A DNA stretch of 64,000 nt, taken from positions 62,001 to 126,000 of the forward strand of contig JAPMXV010000059.1 in the NCBI GenBank assembly GCA_026936335.1, in the 5' to 3' direction. This DNA comes from Mantamonas sphyraenae STR306. Its lineage: Eukaryota; Protista; CRuMs. Positions within the stretch are counted from its first letter, which is position 1, and every line of letters begins with the position of its first letter. Position numbers and translations under genes: made by a program. Shown here piece by piece: positions 25,645 through 37,902 of this stretch. The notes under the pieces were generated by a model. That model saw only the letters and a list, made by a program, of their open reading frames with translations, had not been told where the DNA came from and made no database searches.

Positions 25645-26153
25645 GTGCAGTGAGTGCTTCCCTGTGACCAGCTACAGTTGTGGTGCAGGGTGCAGTTTTG
25701 GCTGCGACGACGCACCCACGACTTTCACCTCACCCACTCTCATCATGGCCGTCATGGCCACCTGGCTGTTTGTCGGCCTGGCTGTGCCAGCGGGACTGCT
25801 CATTGGCGTGGCCACCTCCATGATTTCTTTCACGGCATGGACGCTGGCAGTGCCACTCTTCTTCACCGCTCTCGACTGGAGCATCTACAACGCCCTTTTC
25901 CTGTCCATTGCCCTTGATTTCGTCGACGGCCTCCTGCTCACCGTCCTCTTTGCCTACCGTGGCAACGTGGACTTTGCCAAGGGTCTCCTGTTTGGCCTTC
26001 CAGCATGCGGAGCTGCCGTCGGAGGTGTGCAGATTGGCAAGCAGCTCTTACGCTCCCACGAGAACCTGCTGCGAGGCGGCACCTCTGTATTTACGTACAT
26101 CCTGGCGGCTGTCTTTATGTTCAAGGGGTGGAAGTGAGTCTCGTGTGTGGTGT

Positions 26154-26187
<34 letters not shown>

Positions 26188-27113
26188 CAGCGGTCAATCT
26201 CCTGACACTTCCCCTGCCCGCGTGGACCCCCCTGCCCACCAGAATGTACAAGAAGGAACGGGAGCTGGAAGAGAAGCTCAATGCAGACGCTGCTTCTGTA
26301 CAAAATGACGATTCAGAGGCCGTGGAGCGAGTCGGGGTGTTTTCGGGACAATGTGATCCCCTGCTGGGCAACCGCTATCCCAGCGGCGGTGAATCGAACA
26401 CAGATGGGGCATGGGCAGAGCTGGATGAGGATGAGGACGATGACAGGGACGAGGATGGGTACAAGGAGGAGAAGCCGAAGCGGAGCACGTCACGAGGTTC
26501 GGGCGGCCGTTTGAAGGCAAGTGCTCTGGATCACGTGGTCATCCACCACAGCGCAGATGATGGAACGCGGCCTCGCAGTCTGTCACACACACAACCTGTG
26601 CTTGCATCGGACGACACGGTGGTGGTTGCGCCGACGGGGGAGGAGATTGATCCTGTGTCCTCCACAGGCGCTCCCAATGCGGCCACACGGCTGTTCAACT
26701 CCCCCGCAGCCCATCGTGCCAAATACGCCATCATGTTTGTCATGGCACTCACATCGGGTCTTGTGTCTGGGTTCCTCGGCGTTGGGTCTGGAATGGGGAT
26801 GGCTGTGTGGTTGATGCTGCTGTTTCGCATGCCCCATTTCAAGGCCACAGGGACAGGGTGTTTCATCATGAGTATGCTCATGCTCACTGTGGGCATCCTC
26901 ATTGCTGACATGGTCGACTTTGAGGTGATCAGTACCCATCTTGTGGTCTGTGCCATCAGCACCCTTCTTGGGGTGCTCATTGGCGCAAACATGGCCAAGA
27001 GTGGCAACAAACCAGCCATGGCTGCCCTGGTGGGAGTCACCTTGCTCATCCTCGCTCTTGCCAGCACCATCAGCCACGCCCTGATTGAGGATTCGCAAGA
27101 GGGAGGCCGGTGA
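25643..27113 (+). CDS. TauE/SafE (TSUP) family membrane transporter (intron 26134-26242)
   Basis: Two multi-TM halves separated by an acidic loop; GLVSGFLGVGSG, ATGT motif. Confidence 0.7.
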
Positions 27114-27251
27114 TGCACGCAGAACAGAAACACAGACACACACACCACAATGAACAACTGAATTGACCTGTCATGTTGTCGCAATGGTCGAATGTGTGGC
27201 GAACAAATGTGCTCATGTGCGCGCGTGTGCATGCAACGCAACATCGACCAA

Positions 27252-28754
27252 TGAGCAGTTCGTCCTCGTCCTCGTCATCGTCGTCGTGGATGCTGCTGCC
27301 GCTGCTGATCCTGGCTGTGGTGGCAGGTGGTGGCTGGGCCAAACACGTGGGACCCACTGTCATTGATGAACCGGGCATTGAGGGCCGTCTGGATTGGGTG
27401 TATGTGTCCAACTTTTGGGTGGACACGTACGGAGAGAGCAGCGTGGCCGTCACCTACAAAGCCTACTCTTCCTCCCTCTATCTCGCTTTTTACAACCACA
27501 CCGAGTGGCTGGACGTGCAGGCACGCGACAAATGCAAGGTGCGACTGGATGTCGTGGACACCACACTGGCTGCCATCCCACTGCCTCGTTCGGACGGCAA
27601 GAACGCCACAGGCACCGTCCGTCAACGCTTCCCCAAGCACTCCACACCCACCTGGTGGCACGTAGCCCTCGTCGACTGCGAAACCGCCAGTGTCAAGGGC
27701 GTCAAATACGAAATGAGCTTTCTCAACCATCCCTTCCGCGTGCTCATCCAGCAGGAGGAGTTTGGCTACGACAACCAGCGTACGCAATTCTTCTTGCCCC
27801 ACCATTTCTTCTCGCCTTGTCCACGCGTGACACCCAAACCTGACACCCACCCCACTGCACGCGCACACCCCCCCTCCCTGCCCGCTGTATCCCATCCTCA
27901 CCAACAGACATGTTTGAAATCTTTGCCGCGGCGTTGCTGCTGAGTCTCGTGCTGGCTATGGCCCACGCGTACGGCTCGTTTGTGGCGGACATCACCTACG
28001 CGCCCCTGGTGCGCCGTGTGTTGACTCTTTTCCGCGCCGCATTGGCATGCCAGGCGGGCTTCCTTGTGTGCGTGCTTGTGCACCTGATAGCATATGCCCA
28101 GAACGGTGTGGGGTCGTACTACACCCTGGTGCTGGGTCTGGCCCTGGATTTCATCGCCTACAAGCTCATGGTCCTCTTCTACATCATCATTCTCAACGAA
28201 AAGCCCGAATGGCGTCCACGCAGCAATGCCTGGGCGGTGTTTGTCATCCTGTATATTCTGGTCGACCTTGCTGCCTCTGTGGCGGTGTACCTGCAGTACT
28301 TTGATGTCCACTATATGCCTCCCTCAACCTGGACCACCCGTACAGCACCTTTTCCGGCATTGTGCGTGCCGGACTGCAGATTGTGCCCTTTGCGTATTAC
28401 ATCAAGCTCGTGGTGGCCAACCGACCCAGTCACCATGCACTCAGCAACACCCAAAGGCTTCTCTTTGTCATGGGGGCCGTCTGGCTCATGGCTGTGCCCG
28501 TCATTGCTATGATCACTCTGGCTCTGCCTGCGTATTATCAGTGGAAGATGATGATTGGCTGCTATCTGGCCTCAAACGCAATCGTCCTCCTCACCATGGC
28601 CTACTTCCTCTGGCCCCCACGCGCAAACTCCAGCTTCAAAAGCAACTTTGAAGACGACGAGTTGCGTCACGCCATCGGCGACATGGAGCTCCACTACAGC
28701 CAGTTGGCGGGCGATGACGTGTTTGACGAAATGGAAGATGAAGCTCGCCCTTGA
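27252..28754 (+). CDS. GPR180/TMEM145-like (GOST) protein with luminal domain and multi-TM region (intron 27780-27907; frame break or 50-nt intron near 28296-28345)
   Basis: Signal peptide, WWHVALVDC, YEMSFLN...EEFGYD, several TM helices, LWP near the end of the TM region. Confidence 0.65.
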
Positions 28755-28846
28755 TCGAGGGCAAGGCACTGTTGGGGGCTGAGGGAGGGGAAGGGAGAGG
28801 ATTGGGCTGAGGGAGGGGAAGGGAGAGGATTCGTGTTGCCCACGCC

Positions 28847-30966
28847 TATCGTCAATGCATGTGTGTGGGTGTACGCACGATGAGTGCAATGTGTGGTGCC
28901 ATGCCCGCACACACCCACCCCAATTCTGACAAAAACCCAACTTCAAAAAATTCAAAGAGTGCGTTTTTTGTGAATGGCAACGCCTGCCACTTTTTCCTGC
29001 CTACCCCCCCCACCCCCACCTCTCCACCGTTGCTTCACACGACATGGAGGAGAGATTTGCAGAGAGGAGACGGGATGGGAAGGATGTGGAGGAGAGCAGG
29101 GGTCGTGCGATGTGCATGGATGTGGAGCTGTCGGGGACGGCGGTGTGTGACATGCGCGAGCGCAAGGTGTCCGTTGTGACGGGAGCGGAGACGTATGGGG
29201 AGAAGCACATGAGGACACAGATGCATGGGGGGAAAGGAGAGGGGCATGTGTGGATGGATGGATGGATTGGACGGTGTGAATGGAGGATGTGCATGTGAGG
29301 GAGGGCGGCGTGTCGACGTGGCTCCTCTTTTTGACGTGCGTGCACAGAGCGGGGATTAATTTTCCGGCGTCGTGTGTTTGCAGCGGGTGTGTGGAGCAGG
29401 GAGAGGCGGAGGGGATGCACCATACATGTGGATGGGGAGAAGAGGGACGGAGGACATGTGTGGTGGGAATGAGGGAGCAGGATGGGCTGTGTGCATGGCG
29501 TGGGCAAGGTCGAAAGGACAGGGTGCATGAGGAGGGAGCAGAGTCCAGGTTCCGGATCCCACCGTTTGGTGGCACCCCACGAGTCTGTCTGTGTCTGATT
29601 TCTGTTTTGGTTTCTCCCATTTACATTGGCGTGCCTCTTCCATGGAAGCACTGACACGTGTGTGTTGTGTGTGTGTTTGACCATGTGTGACACTCCGTTC
29701 AGTGTCCAGCAACGGCGAGACTTTCCTCTTCTCCAGCGAGTCTGTGAACGAAGGCCATCCGGACAAGATCTGCGATCAGATCTCGGACTCGATCCTGGAT
29801 GCATGCCTGGCTGAGGATCCGTACAGCAAGGTGGCGTGTGAGACGTGCACCAAGACAGGAATGATCATGGTGTTTGGCGAGATCACGACGACGGCGAACC
29901 TGGACTACCAGCGCATTGTGCGCAACACGATCAAGGAGATCGGATACGATTCGTCGACAAAGGGATTCGACTTTTACACGTGCAACGTGCTTGTGGCGAT
30001 TGAGGAGCAGTCTCCGGACATTGCACAGGGTGTGCACGTGGGCCGTGACGACGACGACCTGGGAGCCGGTGACCAGGGTCACATGTTTGGGTATGCGTCG
30101 GATGAGACGCCCGAGCTGATGCCTCTGTCGCACATGCTTGCGACGTCTCTGGGCAAGAAGCTGACGGAGGTGCGCAAGAGCGGAGAGCTTGCATGGGTGC
30201 TTCCGGATGGCAAGACGCAGGTTGTGGTGGAGTACCTGAACGAGAACGGAGCGATGGTGCCGCAGCGTGTGCACACTGTGTTGATTTCGACGCAGCACAC
30301 GGACGACGTGGAGCAGGAGCAGATCAAGGAGGATCTGATGAAGGCGGTGATTGAGCCTGTGTGTGGCAAGTGGATCGATGACAAGACGGTGTACCATCTG
30401 AACCCGAGTGGAAAGTTTGTGATTGGTGGACCGCAGGGCGATGCGGGTCTGACGGGTCGCAAGATCATCATTGACACGTACGGCGGATGGGGAGCGCACG
30501 GTGGCGGAGCGTTCTCGGGCAAGGACCCGTCCAAGGTGGACCGCAGTGCAGCGTATGCGGCACGCTGGGTGGCCAAGTCGCTTGTGGCAGCTGGTCTGTG
30601 CCGTCGCTGCCTGTTCCAGGTGTCGTATGCGATCGGTGTGGCTGAGCCTCTGTCGATGTTTGTGGACATGTATGGCACTGGCACCAAGACGAACAAGGAG
30701 GTGATGGAGATTGTGGCCAAGAACTTTGACCTGCGCCCCGGTGCGATTGTGAAGGAACTGGACCTGCGTCGCCCTCGCTACCTCAAGACGGCATGCTACG
30801 GTCACTTTGGCCGGGACGACGATGCGGACTTTACCTGGGAGCAGGCCAAGACGCTGGAGATGTAAGCACGGAGACAGGAGACGGGGTGGATGAGTGGATG
30901 GAAGGGAAAGGAAGAGAGACGGGGAAGGAAATGCATTGGATGCTTCCCTACGACAATTGTGTGTGT
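28847..30966. repeat. Right arm of the inverted repeat (partner 13933-16056)
   Basis: Reverse complement of the left arm with a few SNPs and small indels. Confidence 0.92.
28958..30865 (+). CDS. MAT: S-adenosylmethionine synthetase copy 2 (A at 28958, intron 28959-29702, exon 2 29703-30865)
   Basis: Protein identical to copy 1; caaagA|gtgcgt ... ttcag|TGTCC. Confidence 0.95.
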
Positions 30967-31137
30967 TTGTGCGGGTTCTCTCTCTCCCTCCCTCGCTCTC
31001 TCTGTGCATGTGTGTGTGTTTGCATGGTTGTGGAGCGGTGCGCGCGTAGATGCACAACAAACCCTCTCCATTTCTTCCAGTCGCATTCACCCACCCACCC
31101 ACCCACCCATTCACTCGGCAAGGGGCAGTCAGCAATA

Positions 31138-33924
31138 ATGCACGATAGCGACTCCTCAGACGACGATGACCACGGGCGGCTGCTGGGCAGCGGGTCGTTC
31201 AACAGCTTTGCCTCGACACAGATGTTTGCCAGCCGGCTAGCGGAGCTGGAGGACGACGACAACGACACATGTGACATGTGCTGTGGCGGAAGACTGCGCT
31301 GCTGCACACGGACACCAAAACGACGATATGGATTTGGCACGTGCCTGGTGGTGCTTTCGGTGCTGTGTCTCGTCGGCGGACCCCTCCTGTCCGACTGGGT
31401 GCACAGCATCACCGTGCAACAGGTGCGCGACCAGGCAGTGGTCGACAGTTTCAACTCGCCTGGCTATGCACAATGGGTCATCAACAACCAAACCGACGCC
31501 GTGCCTCTCTATCTCAACTTTTACTTCTTCAACCTCACCAACCACGAGCTCGTACGCACTGCTGGCGCAAAACCCGTTTACAAAGAGGTGAGTGCGCGGT
31601 CCCATCACCCGTCTCTCTCTCTGCCCTCCCACCACCACCATCCCTACTCGTCCCTTTCCCCAGCCCTGCCCGTTTTTCTGGTCTTTGCTTCACCCCGAAT
31701 CCCGAATCCTGAATACTCACGCGCGTTTTCGCTCACCGGTCACAGCTCGGACCCTACTGCTTTCGCAAGTACAGATACAGGTTCAACATGACATTTTACG
31801 ACCAGGGCAACCGCGTACGGTACTGGCGCAAGGTGAGTGGTGGTTTGTGTGTGCCAAGGGGTTGTCTCTGTTGCGTGAAGGCGCTGACCCTTCCCTCCCT
31901 CGCGTCCCTCGTGTGTGTCATATCGACCACCACGCCATGACCACGTTCCTGTGCTCCAGCGATGGTACATCTTTGACGCCGAACGGTCGCAGAAGCTGAG
32001 TGGGATGCCACTGGACGCAGAGAGGGACATCATTGTCAACGTGAATCCCATCTACCAAGGGGCCCTCGCCCAGGCGGGGAGTGAGGTGCAACTCACCGTG
32101 GCACTGGTGGCACCGTTCATCCAACAGCATTTGACACTGTTCCAACAGCGCGTGTTGCCCATTGCAGTGGCACGTCGCACGCCTTCGACGCTTGCTCCTG
32201 TGCTGACCAACCTGACGGCGTTGATTCAGGCCACACTCGGGTTGGATGCCACGCAGGCCTGGGAGCACCTTGTGACACAGTGGGCCAATGCCACGTCTCC
32301 CACGCCTGCCTCGCCTCTGTGGGATCACATGCACCTGGCAGCGGTCAACGGGGGTGTGGCAAGTGGGATCAGCGTCGAGGCAGCAAGCCGGCTGCTGAAC
32401 AAAGGCGTGGCCCAATCCATCATGTCGGCGACATACGCAGACAGCCAAGGATGGTACAATGCCAGCCAGGAGGGCAATGCAGGGTCATTGGCCACACGTG
32501 TGCAGCTTGCAGGGGAGTTTGGATTGTCGCGTGCCCAGGTGGATGTGGTTGCCGCGTGGCTGCGTGACGTGCAGGTCAACGTGGTTATCAAATCGCTGCT
32601 GGATGCATATGGCCTCAAAGCCAGTGAGGTGGACCGGTTGGGGTACATGCAGTGGAGCATGGGCAATGTGACGGTGCCTGCGTATGCAAGTGCGCCGTCG
32701 CTGTTGCCCGACTTGCCGAACAAGCACAAGTATTCGATGGCGGTGTGGGCCCATTCCTTGTTTATTCCACGCAGCGATTACAGTTTGTCGGCTCGGGCGA
32801 CGATGAAGCTGCTGACGGGGCCGTGGGCAATCACGGTGCCGACGAATCTGGGCGATTTCGTGGCGGCCAAGCTGGCCAAGGACGACCACTTGATTATGGA
32901 AAAGTGGGGCATCAGTCACAACCAGTCCACGGTGCTGTCGGCGTACATTACGTACATGACGGGCGAGTTTGCAGAGCCGTACCTGAAGTATGTGGCCTTC
33001 CCCGCGGGCGAGGGCATCATGAGTTGGCGCACACCCAACCAATTGCTGTGGGGCTACGAAAACAAACTGGCGGGCATGTTGGATCCCAGCATGGCGTTTG
33101 TGCAGTTCCAGTACAACGACACGACGGAGGAGTCTGTGAAGAAACACGCGGGCCTGAACGACTACTGGACGGGCAAGGATGACATTGAAAAGGCCATGCA
33201 GTTCTACAAATGGCACAACATGACCCAATTGGAGGGTGTGTGGGCGGAACCGGAGGTGATCAAAGGCACGGATGGGCAGACGTTTCGGCCGTTTCTCAAC
33301 GCCACCGATCCGGTGTACGTGTGGGAGGCAGACCTGTACCGCTCACTCATCATGCAACCCGTAGGGGACGTCTCCTACCTGGGCGTCAAGATGCAACGGT
33401 ATGGCATCGACAATCGCACGTTTGTGCCCTCGACACGGTACTACTCGCACTTTCCGGGCTTTGCCAACATGAGCGGAGTCAACTTTGGCGCACCGGTGTT
33501 CTACAGCAAACCGCACTTTCTGGACTGCGACACCAAGTGGCTGGACAAGGTGGATGGGATCACGGCACCGAGCAGGGAGGGCCACGACACGTGGCTGGAC
33601 GTGGAACCCTTCTCTGGGATCACCATGCACGCACACAAACGGTTCGGGGCAAACTCGTACATTGCCGAAGGGGACACCACACTGAACTTGTACAACGGAG
33701 AAATCACAAAGGGACTGATGTATCCGTTGTTCTGGCTGGACGAAAACGGTATGATCACGCAGGCGCTGGCGGACAAGTTCCACCTCTTGTACATTTTGTT
33801 TGCGGCGGAAAAGGTGCTGTTCTACGCAGGCATCAACCTGGGTGGCATTTGCGCCTTTAGCGCCTTTCTGGTGCTGTTCTGGCACTGTTTGTGTGGCGCA
33901 CGCGAGGAGGAGATTGCCTGGTGA
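31138..33924 (+). CDS. CD36/scavenger receptor class B (LIMP-II/Lmp-like; introns 31588-31745, 31833-31959)
   Basis: N- and C-terminal TM helices; FYFFNLTN, KP-YKE-GPY, GTDG-F-P, PVFYSKPHF, LDVEPFSG. Confidence 0.88.
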
Positions 33925-33991
33925 GAAAGAGGCAGCAAATGTACACACACACACACATTGGACACATTGGGAGCCATGGGACCGATTGTCA

Positions 33992-34846
33992 TCACTTGGC
34001 ACACACAATGCTGGTCACTGTGCGTTCGCAGACAACGGGTACGTCGTCGCAGGTGCTCTTTGAGATCATCTTGCCGTTGTACACACTTGTGCTGGATCCT
34101 CCGCCGTCGAGGTTGATGGCATCGGTGACATTGAGCTGGTGGAGCATAAAGTGAGCCAACTCGTTGAGGTTGACACCCTTGTGGATGGATTCTGCGCCGT
34201 CGGCCTGGGCAAAGATGAAGCGTCCCTGTGTGTCGACTCCCACGGCGGTACGTGGGGCAAGCAGGTCCACAAACGAGGTGGAAACTCCCTCTGCAGCCGC
34301 ACTCTTGTCGACGGTGACCTCGCCGGCGTCGACGAGACGGACGGCACCTGCCACGAGACTGGCAAACTGGGCGTGGTGGACGTCCGGGAAGTAGCCAAAG
34401 GTGAGCTTGTTGTCTGCGGTGACACCCATGTTGCTTTTGTGTGCAGACGACGTTTCAATCACGTCAAAGTTGGACACGAGGTTGCCGATGCAGTTGCCGT
34501 TGCTCATGTCGAAGAAGCCGCCGTTGACGGCGTACACGCAGCCGTGGGCCGCCGCCGTCTCGGACGTTTTCACCCGATGGCCACATCCGTTCACGGGAGG
34601 GAACACGTGGATGTGCAGGCCGGGCTCCTTCACGCGTGCCACATGCACAGTCGAATTGCCGGCGGTGCCGTGCAGAATGAGATCGAAAACCTCAATAAAG
34701 TCGTTGTCGTTGTCGTCGTCCGAAGGTGCCGGCATCGCCTCCTGCAGCTCTGCCCACGGACGCACAGGCACGGGGGCGTCGGAAGAGGCAGCAACAAACA
34801 CACACAGAGTCACCAGTGCAACCAGCAAGGACACACGGGACAGCAT
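33992..34846 (-). CDS. Secreted phosphodiester glycosidase (NAGPA-like)
   Basis: Signal peptide, VNGGFF, APRTAVG, AINLDGGGSS. Confidence 0.85.
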   Translation of the reverse strand: MLSRVSLLVALVTLCVFVAASSDAPVPVRPWAELQEAMPAPSDDDNDNDFIEVFDLILHGTAGNSTVHVARVKEPGLHIHVFPPVNGCGHRVKTSETAAAHGCVYAVNGGFFDMSNGNCIGNLVSNFDVIETSSAHKSNMGVTADNKLTFGYFPDVHHAQFASLVAGAVRLVDAGEVTVDKSAAAEGVSTSFVDLLAPRTAVGVDTQGRFIFAQADGAESIHKGVNLNELAHFMLHQLNVTDAINLDGGGSSTSVYNGKMISKSTCDDVPVVCERTVTSIVCAK

Positions 34847-34960
34847 TGGGACGGGGTTGCTGCACAAAGAAATGAGAGTGTTTGTTGTCAATTTGTGTTG
34901 GTGGTGATGGTGGTGATGGTGATGGTGATGGCAAGGAGGAGAGGTGATGGAGTCATGTCA

Positions 34961-37786
34961 TCACGGCGACCCTGAAACTTGGATGAGCTCATCGGCGTTG
35001 CGACGCCACATTTCCAGGGAGGTGATGCGTGCGGCGCTGTACTCCTCGTTGTCGAGGAGCCAGAGACCCGTCATGCGGTTGAAAGGATTGAGATCCCAGT
35101 ACCAATTCATGGGCGACTGTTCGACAGCGAGACGGAAGTGCTTGTTCAGGTAGCTGCCGTACAGGAGTTCGTAGAAGTAGGCCACCGAGCCTTGTCGCGG
35201 TTGACGGATGTCCACGCCGGTGATGTTCAGAAAGAGACGACGGGTCTTGGGGCCGATGCGATGGCCACCCAGATTGAAGATGTTTTCCATGTGCATCGTC
35301 TCGATGATGGAGCCCTCGTAGTCGAAAGTCCGTGCTGTTTCCATGAAGCGAGGCAGCTCGACGTCGTGCTCCCAGTCGTTCTGGCGATTGATAAACAGCT
35401 CATCTTCGGGTTTGACGCGAATGAACGCCGTCTGCGAATGGTCCTCGTGGCGATGGAAGGAGACGTCGTTGTAGCCGGGGAAAAAGTCGTCCAGGATCTG
35501 CACTGTGTACAGGCGACACTTTTCCGGGAGCCACCACGACGTCCACGGGTGTGTGGAGATACACGACTCCATGGCACCGCCTTTGAGGTCCTCGCTGTTC
35601 TTGAGACCCATCGCTTGGGGCACCTTGCTCTCATAAAACTCGTGGTGATCGGAATACATCGACACATTGATGCACATGGCCGACACGCCGCCCACAATGT
35701 ACAGCACCGCAATCAACCGAAACGCGGTGGTGCGGTACGGCGCCAACTTTTTCCGTGTGCTGAGGGAACGGGGAGGGGAAGGTGAGCGATGATGGGCGAC
35801 GCAGCAGCGTTGTCAGGAAAATCACACACACGCAAAAAGGCGGGGCTCTCACGGCACGTACGACTCAAGCCAGGGTTGGGGCACAACAATGTCTGTGCGC
35901 GACTGTGTGGTGGAGCGGAGGTCAGCCTTGCGCTTCTCTGCGCCAACCCCTTCGGCCTCGTAGACATGGAAGGCCCAGTGCAAGAAGACGGAGGCGTAGA
36001 GGCACATGATGGGGTAGAGGAAGAAGACGAAGCGCTCCTGCTTTTGGGCCATGCGTTGCATCCACACAAAGACCACGAGGTAGGGCACGGCATACTTGAA
36101 GCGGTTGCGGGTGACGATGAAGCCGGGCAAGCTCATGAGCATCACCCAGATGTTGTTCTCGCGGAGGAAGGTAATGGCGTACTTCCACGGGGTGTGGATG
36201 CCAAACAGGTGATTGAGATTTTGGAAAACCTGTGTGTGAGAGAGTGTGAGAGTGTGTGAGTGTGGTGCGCGTTTGGTTGGAAACAGGACACTTTGTGCGT
36301 GCGTGTGTCGTGTGACGTACATTGAAGTAGAGGGAATTGAAGGTGGAGCTTGTGAGTCTGCCAAACCACCACGAGTCGGTGAGGACAAAGATGGTGGTGA
36401 TGACAATGAGCCATTTGACGGACATCATGACGAGTTGGAGAAACCAGGCTGTGTGCATCGTGAGTGAGCGAGTGTGTGAGTGAGTGTGATGTAACATTGG
36501 CAGTGGGAAGCACCGGAGACAAGTTCACCGCACGTACACTTGGCGTCCTTGTCAGTGTACTCGGTGCGGTTGTACAGGAGGTCGATCGCAATGAAAACGA
36601 TCACCGGGGCAATGTTGAAGCGCAGGAAAAAGGTAAACACCTGAGGTGAGAGGGAACAGGTGGGAAAGGGTTAGGAATAGCGTGTGCACGCATGGGCGGG
36701 GTCGTTTGTCAGCATAGGGGAAGGAACGGGGAGTCGGGTGACGAGGAAGGACAGACAAGCTGCAGCCTTTTTGCAAAGCTCTCGCAACTGCAGAGGACAA
36801 CGACGACAACGGGGCACACATGTTTCGCCTCATGGCCGTTCCATAGGGTGTCTATCCGTGGCTGTCGTGTGTCTCGATGCAGCTGCCATTGGTGGCAAGA
36901 GCACAAGGCTGGTCCAAAACTCACCGAGACCAGGATTGCAGAGTCCACTTGCCCGCGCATCCAGAAAGAGGCAATCCACATGTTGAGGGTGGCCATCAAG
37001 GAATCCATGTTGATGCGGTTTTGAAAGAAGATGACGAGGTAGTGGAACTGGTGCATGGGTAGGGTGTGTTTGTGTGAGAGGGGTGTGAGTGTGCACCGAG
37101 TGTGCAGCCGGCGACTCCATTTCCGCGGGCTTTTGTGTCCACCTACCATGGTGAAGATGTACGTGAGGATGGCTGTGCTGTTGCCAAAGCGGTGGCGTAC
37201 ACCGAGAGCAAAGTAAAAGGTGCTGACGACGCCAAGCATGCCCACACTGGCGCGAATGGTGTAAAACACCCAGAAGCGCGGCAAGCCCACGAACTGCGCG
37301 AGTGTGCGGTGTGTGTGTGTGTGAGCGCATGTGCAGACAAGGTGGAAGGATCGATGCAAGGAGAGCGAGGAGGGGGAGAGGGGCATGCAGACAACTGACT
37401 TTGGCAAAGTGGCCGATGAGCGAGAGGAGAAGCGAGGTGAGAGGCGAACGCAGCGCGTACTTGGGATTCCACTCCCAAGTCATCAAACCCTTGCCATACA
37501 GCAGGTAATGCAGTGGTTCCCAGTACTGCACATGGAATACCCGCCCGCCACAAGGCCCCCGAAAGCCCCCAAACGTGGGAAGAAGAGTGTGAGTGTCATC
37601 GAGTCTCGTGTGTGTGTGTGCCGTGTGTGAACATACGTTGCCGCTCTCGTCCCAGTCGCCGGTGTACTCCGCGTACAAAGTGGCAACCAGCTGTACGGGG
37701 ATATTGATAAAGGCCAGGTAATAGAAGAGGTCGGGCACCTGCTTGGAGTTGGTGCTGGTGGCTGTGCTCATCTTGTGCAGCAGCAT
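34961..37786 (-). CDS. GT22 Dol-P-Man mannosyltransferase, ALG9-like, many introns
   Basis: D-DE-NYWEPLHYLLYGKGLMTWEW-P-YALRS, KQERF; coding pieces interrupted by CA-rich introns; exon boundaries not all resolved. Confidence 0.75.
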
Positions 37787-37902
37787 TCGACAGGGGCAGT
37801 GGCTGCCCGCGCCGGCGCAGGCATCTCCGCACCCAACACGCACACACACACACACATACGCATCACACACACACACGCACCGACAAGCAGTCACACACAC
37901 TC

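Noticed and set aside
29526-29598. Possible C/D snoRNA in the MAT intron (ATGAGGA...CTGA with an internal ccacc/ggtgg hairpin)
   Set aside because: Imperfect C box, no terminal stem and no identifiable rRNA guide
13933-30966. Composite transposon or Maverick/Polinton-like element (long inverted repeats plus a B-family polymerase)
   Set aside because: The arms are MAT genes, the polymerase is cellular REV3, and I see no transposase, integrase, capsid or target-site duplication
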